A stretch of 64,000 nt of DNA from an uncultured Candidatus Altimarinota bacterium (GCA_937999345.1 CALLBL010000005.1:8196-72195), one strand, 5' to 3'. Shown: positions 22,448 through 31,919, counted from the first letter of the stretch. A program made the numbers and translations. The notes: generated from the letters alone by a model not told the origin.

Positions 22448-23263
22448 TTATTTTGAAAGTATATCTCAAATTTTAGCTGTGTTCTCATTTCTTTTGTTTT
22501 GAGCTTCTTTAAAGTCTCTTACTTTTTTAAGATCTTTGATTCTCGATTCTTGTACTTCTGAAATCTCATTAGTTTTTAGATAATCAATCACATTTACTAT
22601 TTCTTTCGCTATTACAGGGTATTTATCTTCTATTAATGGAATAACTTGTGATAATGTTCTATCAAAATATCAATTTTTCCATTCTGTATCTTCAGTAAAC
22701 ATTGTACTGTATATATTTGCCAATCTGTCTACAGACTTTACTAGAAGTGCAGAATCAGAGTTCCTTATCGTTGTATAATAATCTTCTTCTTCTATTACTT
22801 TTCAATCCACAGAGAAAGATACAAGTTTTACTATTTCAGCAACTTCTTCTCAAAATTTTAGTACTAATTCATTATAAGATGTATTTGTGTCTTCAAGGAT
22901 ATCGTGTAATAATGTTGCTAAAAATTCTTTTAAACTTCATCAACTCTGAGCACAATATATTGCAGCCATCATTGGGTGGTAGTGATATTCTGTATTTTCA
23001 TCCCTATATTGTCATTTATGCTTATTTTCTATAAAATTAAGTACTTCATATATTACTTCTTTATTGTTTGGAAAAGAAGCATCTACCATTTTCATAAAAC
23101 GTTTAGATATCTCAGATTGATCTAAATAAATATTTATTTCTGATTCTATAGAATTAGATATCTTTTGTGTATTATACCAAGATGGAGTATCTGAAATTTC
23201 TGTGCTTTTTAAACCTTTGGTAAAGTCTTCAACTGAGAATGGTTGTCTAGGCGTTATATTCAT
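22448..23263 (-). CDS. HD-domain phosphohydrolase of the RelA/SpoT (Mesh1/small alarmone hydrolase) type with an 80-aa N-terminal extension
   Basis: NKHKGQYRDENTEYHYHPMMAAIY...LATLLHDILEDTNTSYNELVLKFGEEVAEIVKLVS matches H-x-GQ-x-R...Y..HP...LLHD..EDT...FG..VA..V. Frame scanned and found intact. Confidence 0.8.
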
Positions 23264-23270
23264 AATATTA

Positions 23271-25784
23271 TTATTTAAGTAATGCTTCTTGAAGTTTTAA
23301 TAGTCTTTCTATTTCCTCATTTTTACCTCCTTCAATTATAAGTGTTTCCTGTTTTTTTTCAATTATATTTTTTACTATTATTGATAATTCTCAAGAGTCA
23401 AGATTTTCAGGTGTTTTATTTATTTCTTCTATTCATACAATTCTAGCTTCTCAGATCCCTCTTGAATTATCTACATAATTTATATTGGGTACATCTCTAG
23501 AGTTTAATTCATTCATTACATTTCTTACTTTTTTATATGTTTCTTTATAATATGAAACTCATACTGGCCTCCCAGTTTCTATTGCTCTTTTTACTATAGA
23601 TTCCCGTGCTTGTATAGGATCTCTATGTATCATATCAATATCTATATTGTGAATATTTGCTTTATTCGCCTCATTTTGTAAGTAGTCAATAAATCTTATA
23701 TCACTTAGTGGTGAATCAAATGTTATATCTGCTTGTCTATTTCGTGAATTTTCTACTACTTTTCCAGCTGAAGATTTTCATGATCCTGGTGCACCTCATA
23801 TTAATCTAATTCTAGAATTTATATCTCATTCTATTCCAAGTAGGAGTAATCTATAATGTATTTTGCTTAATTTTTGTACTATTTCATCAAATTCAGAACT
23901 ATTGAATCACTTATATTTTATAAAAATTTCTCTAAATGCATCGGGATCAATAACCTTTCAATTTTTAGCTGTATATATTGAAAATAATTCTTTTAATAAT
24001 TTATTTCAAGATACTAATTTTAAGACTTCCTCATGGCTTATAGATTCTTTAATAATAAATCATTTATCTTTATCAAAAATTTTAACAAATCATGGTATCT
24101 GTTCTAATTTGTCTATTGAAAGATCTAACTCAAGTATTCTTGATTTTATAGTTTCCGAACCACAAATATTATTATCAAGAAGCTTTCTAATATCTGTATT
24201 ATCAAATCCTCCTTGTTTCAGCGTTTTTACTTTCTTAGAGATATCCGAGATTGGATACAAACCATCCTCTCATCTCTCTCAGATCCTATGAGCCTTTATA
24301 ATTGCTTTTTTCTCTACGTCTTTTAGGTCTCTTCATAGATTTAATACACTTACAGCCTTATCTAATCGATCTATATCATCAGCTGAGAAGTCTAAGTTTT
24401 TCGTTTCTTCTACTTTCCCAAACAACATCTCCTTTATCTTCTTCACAGTATCTGGGCCTATCCCCATCTTTTCTCACATATCAGCAAAGCTTTTCATCAG
24501 AACACTTGGTTTTATTCTTCCAATTGCTTTTCAAACTTTTCAGAGTTTTCCAGCCTTTACTAAGCCTTGTACTCAAAATGCAGTAGCTCATAAACTTATT
24601 AGTCATATTAACCATTCAGCTGGAAACTCTTCCATATGAAACTCTTTTGGTACTATTCCTGATGCTTTCAATCATTTCATCACTCCATCCTGATTGGTGA
24701 GAGTACTTGTTAAATCTGCTGGCACACTCGTCACTGCTCCTGCATAAGGAATGAGTTGAGAAAGAACCGTTATGAGATATGCTACCATAGCATCTGATTG
24801 TATAGCTTGATCTGCTTCGCTGAGCATAGTTATCTCACGAATAGTAGATATATCTCATCCCATAGCTTCAAATCTTTTCATATGTCATCCCATATTTACT
24901 TGGAGGGTATCTATTTGAGCCATGCCATTGAAACCAAGCTCATCAAATTCTCAGCTCTTTGTATCTACTGGTGCATTAAACATTTCTTGAGCCTCAGATA
25001 TATTTCTCCCAAGCATACCTCTCACTATATTTTGTCTTTCTTCTATTGTTACGGTTCTTGAAGGTATCATATCTGAAGCAGGAAGCTCATATTCTTCAAA
25101 TTCCATACTCGCTATAGTATTTTCTATAAATACTTCTCTACTTTCTGCTTTGCTATACTCTTGAAGCATAAAGGCACTTGGAAGTATCTTATTGTTTATT
25201 TCTCAGAGATTATCTTGGATTTTTACATTGAGTATCCACCTCTGACCTGCTATATCTTCAGGATTGTTTTTCTTAATTTTCTGTACTATGTCTCAAATTT
25301 TTGAGATACGTATTCAGATAGAGGCTATTATTTTATTTTTTATTTCAGGCTGCAGCTCTGCTAAATCATTCTCTATATAATCCTTGTATCCACTTAGATA
25401 CTGAGAAATATCTAAGTTCAAACCATCAGTTGTTAGTTCTTCGTGAATAGAAACCAAATCATTGATTCAAAAATATTCTCATAGTGCTCATAGTGACTGA
25501 ATTTTCTCTCAGGCTTGTTCCATTATCTGTGGAAGATTCATACTTTGCATTTGAGAAACAAGAGCTTCTCAGATTTGTGATTGTTTTAGGTGTAGCGCGC
25601 TCGCAAATAAGGGATTAGATGAGGCTAAACTTGATACTATATCACGAGTTTGTTCTAAGTTTCCATCCTCAGCTATAGCATCTATACTTTCCATATCTCA
25701 CTTCAATAAAGCCTCAGAATGTATTGCTTGTACTTCTGGACTTATGCTTGGTCATTCGAAATATTCCGTGTTAGCTTGTTCCAT
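23271..25784 (-). CDS. 837-aa protein: unknown helical N-region, hydrophobic hairpin, C-terminal Zeta-toxin-like P-loop kinase domain
   Basis: Whole frame scanned: no TAA/TAG. Walker A RLIGGAPGSGKSSAGKVV (nt 23769-23798), then ADITFDSPLSD and NIDIDMIHRD. Hydrophobic AMVAYLITVLSQLIPYAGAV and EWLIGLISLGATAFGVQGLV. ATG overlaps the upstream TAA (TAATG). Confidence 0.75.
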
Positions 25785-26095
25785 TATATGATGCTTTGTA
25801 ATAAATTTTCTAACTCTTTTTCTTTGCTTATTGATTCACTTTTTTCTAATTGTCTTTCTTTTTTCATTCTATACTTTACATATTCTTGTTTGATATATGA
25901 AGGCTCTATATTATCTCTTTTTCTTTCTTCTTTTAAAAACTCTAAGAGTATCTTATTTTCTGCCGATATCAGCTCTGAGATAACTCCTAACTGTTTCTCT
26001 GATAGTTTTTCAAAATGCATTAAAATTTCCTGTTTCATATGTTCAGGAATTATTAATGTATCTTGTATTTGCTTATAGAGAAAGTTAGTATCCAT
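25784..26095 (-). CDS. Small helical protein A (103 aa), first gene of the operon
   Basis: Intact standard ORF ending in TAA. Charged, coiled-coil-like (KQEYVKYRMKKERQLEKSESISKEKELENL). Confidence 0.7.
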   Translation of the reverse strand: MDTNFLYKQIQDTLIIPEHMKQEILMHFEKLSEKQLGVISELISAENKILLEFLKEERKRDNIEPSYIKQEYVKYRMKKERQLEKSESISKEKELENLLQSII

Positions 26096-26129
26096 ATTTC
26101 GGCTTTAGAGTTATATTTACTCTATGAAA

Positions 26130-26158
26130 ATAATAGCATATTTTTTTATTTAAAGCAA
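26130..26158 (-). promoter_or_regulatory. Candidate promoter of the five-gene operon
   Basis: On the minus strand: TTGCTT (26158-26153), 17 nt, TATTAT (26135-26130), about 35 nt upstream of ATG 26095. Confidence 0.35.
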
Positions 26159-26448
26159 AAACGCGGATTTTATATTTATATTTCTGTTTTTTTAAAGAAG
26201 CTACGATCAATCCAAATGCTTATCTTATAACATAAGTCATATGCAGATATAGAATAGAAGATATAGAAAATCCTCTTACACGAAAAGTTAGGTATCTAGA
26301 CAATCTCGTAGATGAGCTTGCAAAATGAAAGGAAATGCAAAAAATTTTGAAAGAGTTTTAACGTTTTTCTAACAAAGAATAACCTACTTATCTTGAATAA
26401 TTTCAAAAATTCTATAGAGTGAAATCATTGTAATCTTAATACAAAAAA

Positions 26449-27189
26449 ATGCGTAAACTTATACTTATATTATTACTGATGAGTTTTTCATATGCAAGTG
26501 CTTTAACAGAAGAAGAAGCAGAAGAAGTACTTATCTTGCATGAGGCAAATATAAAATCAGTAGATAAATATATTGCTAGTAATAAACATGTAATAAAAGA
26601 ATTTTTATCAGAATGATGAAGATGTAATGATAGGGATAGATCATATCAAAAGGCACTTAGAAACTTTTTTGATTATGGAAAAGGTATTGCATTTGCTGAC
26701 GAACTCGCCTATGAGATAGATGAAAAATATATAGAACTTAAAGCAAAAAGTGATCTCTTAAATGAGAAAAAAGATTTGCTTAAAAGTGGCATAACACTCA
26801 CTCAAGAAAAACAATTATCTGATGGAACTAAGTTCACAGAGATTCTTACAGGATACAATTGACTCTATGATGAAGAATTAGAAGAATTAGAAATTCTAAG
26901 TGGTGAAATAATAAATGCATATAAACTGAGACATATCAAAGAAAGACAGAAATATAATGAGCTGCAAGAGCATTTGAGTAGAGAACTCTTACAGACTTGT
27001 ATACAAGTTTTAGATAACTTTAGAGCTGAAAAAGAAGTCTTATATGAGAAACTAGATCAAATAGATTCTGATAAACCATGAGTTTTGGATACTCTTTTAC
27101 CTCAATTAAAAGAGATTAAAGACCATGAAAGATATAAGAAATATAAAGCATTAATTAATGTGATAATTAGTTATATAGAGAATAAATAA
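26449..27189 (+). CDS. Secreted hypothetical protein (246 aa)
   Basis: Signal peptide MRKLILILLLMSFSYASA, then a helical, charged body. Confidence 0.65.
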
Positions 27190-27201
27190 CTTGGTAATAA
27201 T

Positions 27202-27233
27202 AAAAAGGAGTAATCGAAAGATTATTCCTTTTT
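27202..27233. terminator. Bidirectional intrinsic terminator
   Basis: AAAAAGGAGTAATC-GAAA-GATTATTCCTTTTT (one mismatch). Confidence 0.55.
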
Positions 27234-27246
27234 ATTAGTTATTTTT

Positions 27247-27777
27247 TTACATATTCTCTCTATATTCCATGTGAAGCTTTCAAAGAATATTTCTTCACTG
27301 CCTTGCGTCATGGCTAATTCAAAAAAACTCATCTCACCAATAGGTGAATTCTATAATCTCTCTATCTCAGGTGCTTCTTAGCATATCTTGCCTCCAAGAA
27401 CTATTATCATATTTCTTCTGTATAGTTTCTCTCATAAATTCTATTCTGTTTTCATCATTTATATTCATGATGCTTTTGTATTTGTATGCAACTTTTTTAG
27501 AGGTGTTTTTTATTTTTGAGGCTGCAGCTATTTCTTTTTTTATTTCTAAATCATCAAATCGAAGAGACATATAGTATCATTCACTATCCTCATATATATT
27601 TCCATGTCCATCTTGTATGGGATATTTAAGATGACTAAAGTTTGAACCACGCTCAAAAGCATCATAAAATTCTCAGCGAGTAATTTTGTATCTTTCTAAT
27701 ATTTGAGGATGTATGATGAGATACGCTTCCTGTATTCTTTTTGGAGTATATATTTCTAGTGGGTAGTTTGATAGCAT
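27247..27777 (-). CDS. Hypothetical protein (176 aa)
   Basis: Table-25 ORF starting 12 nt downstream of the desaturase stop. No motif recognised. Confidence 0.55.
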
Positions 27778-27789
27778 GTTTTTTGAAAG

Positions 27790-28587
27790 TTATTTTCCTC
27801 TCGAGTACCAAAGAAGATTATATTTTTTATAGTATTTATTTTCTATCTTGTCTTCTATAGTTTTATGGAAATCTGGAAGTTTAGACCAGTGCATTCATCC
27901 TTTGAGATGGTGGGCTGTATGATATCCAAGATTTCCAGTTACAAAGTTGTACCATGGAGTTATGATATTATAAGATGATTTATACGGATCATCACTTTCG
28001 AGTCAGCTATGATGATGATAGGTAGTATATACAGTTATGAGGAGTCCAGTAATCATGGGAATTAGAAATATAACTATTCATTGTAGAGGTTGTATCGAAA
28101 TTAACGCAACCAGTAACACGAGCTGTATCAGAAACATAGATAAAAAGTTTTTCTGAATCGTTTTATGTTTATTCCCAACTATCCAAGCTCTATAATACGC
28201 AGTGACAGTTACTATCCATGTATAAAAAAGTGGATGATATCTCTTTCATTTTGGAGATTTCCAAGCTGATTCATCTTTTGTCTGATCCTGATAGTGTGCA
28301 TGATGTCCTAGGTTGTGATGAAGCACCCAACAATATCCTACAATCCCAGTTTGGAATCAGTATATAATTTCTAAGAGTCTATTGAGTATTGATTTTGAAA
28401 ATGTATTTACATGCTGATGATGGTGATTCCACGCGCAGATAAATCATTTTGTCATGATAGAAAATACGCAGTATAATCAAAGTGTAAGTCATGAGATTCA
28501 CAAAATGTATACATATATATCTATCAAGAATAATCAGATAAATAGAGAAATAGGAAGGATATCTGTTTTGTATTTGAAGTAGGTCAT
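27790..28587 (-). CDS. Membrane fatty-acid desaturase family protein
   Basis: Three His boxes (WNHHHQH, HHNLGHHAH, YHTAHHLKG) separated by hydrophobic helices. 265 aa. Confidence 0.8.
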
Positions 28588-28725
28588 TTCATTTATGTTT
28601 ATGTATCAGATTATATCCTATGGAGAATGTTTTTTGAAGCAAAAAAGATATAAAAAATCGAATATTGACTTTTTGTTAAAAATAATTACATTAAAATTCT
28701 TTAATTAAAAATAATTAATCATAAT

Positions 28726-29595
28726 ATGGTTCTCAGAGTTCCTCAAGATAATGGTCATGAATATACTGATTACAAAGATGCTATTGATAATATTAACCAG
28801 CACCTTTTATATATACAAGAAAATCACGAACCTCAATTAAACTGGTCTATTTATGGTTCTTTTCTTCATAATAGATTACGTCCTGGATTGAGTGATATAT
28901 ATGTATATTTATTACACGATAGTGATAGAGATGATTTCCCATTAGATATAGTATCATCTTGCCTAGATATAAAAACAAGTTTAGAAGATATTTGAATTCC
29001 TATAAAGATGCATCATACAACTACATGACAATTGAGTGAAAATTATTTTTCTTATTCTGATTATGCTATGGAGATAGTAAGATGAATACAAAGTCCGTAT
29101 TGTTCTCAGGATTTCAAGGTTTTATTTTCACACATTGAGAATATGCAAAAGAGTAATAAGGATATGATGAATGCTTATGTAGAAGATATAAAAACTCTTT
29201 TAGCTTTTTTACCAAAAACAAAAGAATTATCATCTATTCCAAAAAATAAAATTAATCCTCAAGAACAAGGAGAATTGGTAGAAATCTGGAGTATTTTTAG
29301 AAAAATGATTTCTATTTGTGCACTTGCTATAGAGCTAGATGATACTATACATATAGATGAATCTGCTTTTAGTAAGCCATATAGATGGGTAATCCAATGT
29401 TTTGCTTCAGAGTTTGATCCACATTGTACTGAAAATCTTATACAATATTATTTGAGAACAATTATTGGCATTAGAAATATGGATGATTGGTATCGTTTCT
29501 TATCTAATTGATGAGTAAGAAAAATAGAAAAACTTTATGAGAAGGTATTTATACCATTTTTAAATGCTATAGATAATAAATTTACAATAAAATAA
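28726..29595 (+). CDS. Pol-beta-superfamily nucleotidyltransferase-like protein, catalytic motif degenerate (paralogue 1)
   Basis: IYGSFLHNRLRPGLSDIYVYLL: G-S present, but DxD is replaced by DIY. Frame verified. Shares N- and C-terminal blocks with the next gene. Confidence 0.65.
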
Positions 29596-29597
29596 TT

Positions 29598-30470
29598 ATG
29601 CCATTAATAGTTCCAACATTACAAGACTACGATGAAGCAGAACAAAAGATTATTGAGTTTTTTTGAGATGTAGAATTTTTCAGGAGAGTAAATCAGAAAG
29701 TAGACTATATTATATATGGTTCATATTCAACTGATAAAGTAAGACCATGACTGAGTGATATAGATATGATGATACTCGCTCATACTGATGATTTAGTTTT
29801 TCCTTTTGATGTTTGAACAGCTTTTGCTTGGACGAAATGAGAAATAGAACAATTGGGTATACCTTTGCAGGTCAATATGTGTACTACTGGATTATTGAAT
29901 AGTCAACATTTTTCACCTGATTATGAATATCTTATGGAAGTGAAAAAATGAATAGAGAGATGAAAAACTTCGTCTAATAACATATGAAAATATTTTAAAA
30001 ATCATCGAGATAGTGATATAGATGATATGCATATGGTAAGATACTTTCTCAGAAAGGTAAATTCTCTTTATCAGGATTTCCGCAATATAGATCATTTAAT
30101 AATGAGATATAGTAAAGAAGACCTTAATAGGGAGCAGCAAAAAAAAGTTTGGCACGCATGGGATAATTTTAAAAAGATGATGTCAATTATTACTGTTGTA
30201 TTAAGAATCCAGAATAAAGAATCTTTGTTTTCAGAGACAGATGCTCATATAATGGAAAAATTTTCTCAAAATTTTGACCAAGATATAGATATGTCTGAAT
30301 ATGTTGTCATACTAGAATCTATTCAAGACATATGAGATTGGTATGATTTTTTACAGAGTAGTAAAGACGATGGTTTTAGAAGAATTATAGATTTATATAA
30401 AAATACTTTCACTCCGATGATAAATACTATTGATAAAAAATTATTGCTTCCAACTGATTCCAACATATAA
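29598..30470 (+). CDS. Pol-beta-superfamily nucleotidyltransferase domain protein (paralogue 2, motif intact)
   Basis: IYGSYSTDKVRPGLSDIDMMIL (GS...DxD). Frame verified. ATG lies 2 nt after the previous stop. Confidence 0.7.
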
Positions 30471-30499
30471 TCACAACCCAATAAAAAACTATAAAAACT

Positions 30500-31141
30500 A
30501 TGAAACAAGAAAAAGAAATCATAACAGGTAGACTTGAGTGCAAAACAGGAAAATTCTGATTCTTCATCCCAAATGAGAGATCATACTATGGAGGAGACTT
30601 TTTTGTGACCAATAAAAACTTTGGTTGAGCAAAACACTGAGATAAAGTAAAAGTAGAAGTGCTCAGTAATGCCAAATGAAAAAAACCAGAAGCGAGAGTG
30701 ATACAGGTCCTAACTGGGAAATCGCAAGCCGAGATAAATGCTCCCAAAAGAGAAGTGCTAAAAGTAGTAGAGTGAATCTACTCTGGATGAGATGGAAACT
30801 TCTGATTTGTAGATGTACCAGGCCAAGAAAAATGATTCTTTGTATACGGAAAGAAAAAAAACTGAGCCAGAGATGGTGATAAAGTGAGGGCAGAGATAGT
30901 GAAGTATAACTGAAAAGAAGAGGCTATTGTCATAAAGATATTTGATCAGGAAGAGGAAATACTTGAGTGAGTATATACTGATAATGATAGATTTGGATTT
31001 GTACTTCCAGATGATAGATCAGATGATATATTTATAGCTGGATCTCGTAAATGAGAAGCGCAGCATAGAGATAAAGTCAGAGTCAAGATTATCAAGAGAT
31101 GATGAAAAAATCCTGAATGACTTATATTGGAAGTATTATAA
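30500..31141 (+). CDS. Stand-alone OB/cold-shock-like repeat protein resembling the N-terminal region of RNase R (no RNB domain)
   Basis: Three repeats of the G-F-G-F-(V/I)-x-P...D-(I/F)-F-(I/V)...GA..GDKV pattern: GKFGFFIPNE...GGDFFV...GDKVKV, GNFGFVDVPG...GFFV...GDKVRA, DRFGFVLPDD...DIFIAG...RDKVRV. Confidence 0.65.
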
Positions 31142-31146
31142 AAAGC

Positions 31147-31166
31147 GTCCCATCAGGGACTTTTTT
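31147..31166 (+). terminator. Intrinsic terminator
   Basis: GTCCC-ATCA-GGGAC plus T6. Confidence 0.7.
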
Positions 31167-31167
31167 C

Positions 31168-31195
31168 TTGACCGAAAAACATATATGTATATACT
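31168..31195 (+). promoter_or_regulatory. lexA promoter
   Basis: TTGACC (31168-31173), 16 nt, TATACT (31190-31195). Confidence 0.5.
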
Positions 31196-31214
31196 CAGTA
31201 TATATTTAGTATAT
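31188..31214. promoter_or_regulatory. Candidate LexA operator (SOS box) overlapping the -10
   Basis: Perfect palindrome TATATACT-C-AGTATATA (31188-31204) plus a third half-site AGTATAT (31208-31214). Confidence 0.45.
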
Positions 31215-31233
31215 TATATAATTTTATAAGATT

Positions 31234-31866
31234 ATGCTGACAGAAAAACAACAAAAAGTTCTCGATACGATTACTGAGTTTACAGCTCAAAATGGTAAAT
31301 CTCCAACGATAGAAGAACTGAAAAATATCCTCGAACAAAAATCAAAAAGATGAGTGACTCAATACTTGGAAGTACTTGAAAAGAAATGATTTCTCACCAG
31401 ATGAAGTGGATATAGAAGTATAAGACTATGAAATACTATAGGATTCCAAACAACACTCAATATACCAATACTTGGATACGCAAATGCTGGAACTCCTCTC
31501 GCAGTTGCAGAACAAAATGATCACGGAACACTTCCTATATCTAAAAATATAGCAAAATGATCTCCTGAGAACTACTTCGTAGTAAAAGTAGAGTGAACAA
31601 GTATGAATAATCAAAAGGTAAATAATAAGTTTATCGATAATGGGAGTTATGTGCTTATCAAAAAAGATGAAAAAACAATAAAAAAATGAGAACCGTATCT
31701 CTTTGTAGTTGATGGTGGAGCTACGATTAAAAACTTCAAGAGAGAATGAGAAAACATTTATCTCACTCCAAACTCAAAAGATACTCATCACAAACCTATC
31801 ATACTTTCTGAGTATGATGAAGTACAATCAAATGGAAAAGTAGTTGATGTATTTAATTTTGATTAG
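31234..31866 (+). CDS. lexA: LexA repressor (S24 peptidase)
   Basis: N-terminal wHTH (SPTIEELKNILEQKSKRGVTQYLEVLEKKGFL), cleavage-region IPILGYANAG, catalytic VEGTSM and downstream GGATIKNFK Ser/Lys dyad. Confidence 0.85.
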
Positions 31867-31887
31867 AGAAAAATTTCCTGTTTTTAG

Positions 31888-31919
31888 ATATCTCCTTAGT
31901 ATAAGGAGGTATTTTTTTA
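31888..31919 (+). terminator. Intrinsic terminator
   Basis: ATCTCCTTA-GTA-TAAGGAGGT plus T7. Confidence 0.7.

Noticed and set aside
26236-26360. ORF-like stretch ...[36 protein letters not shown]-stop upstream of the operon
   Set aside because: No start codon in frame (closed by TAA just upstream), only about 40 codons, no motif. It may be a gene remnant but is not supportable.
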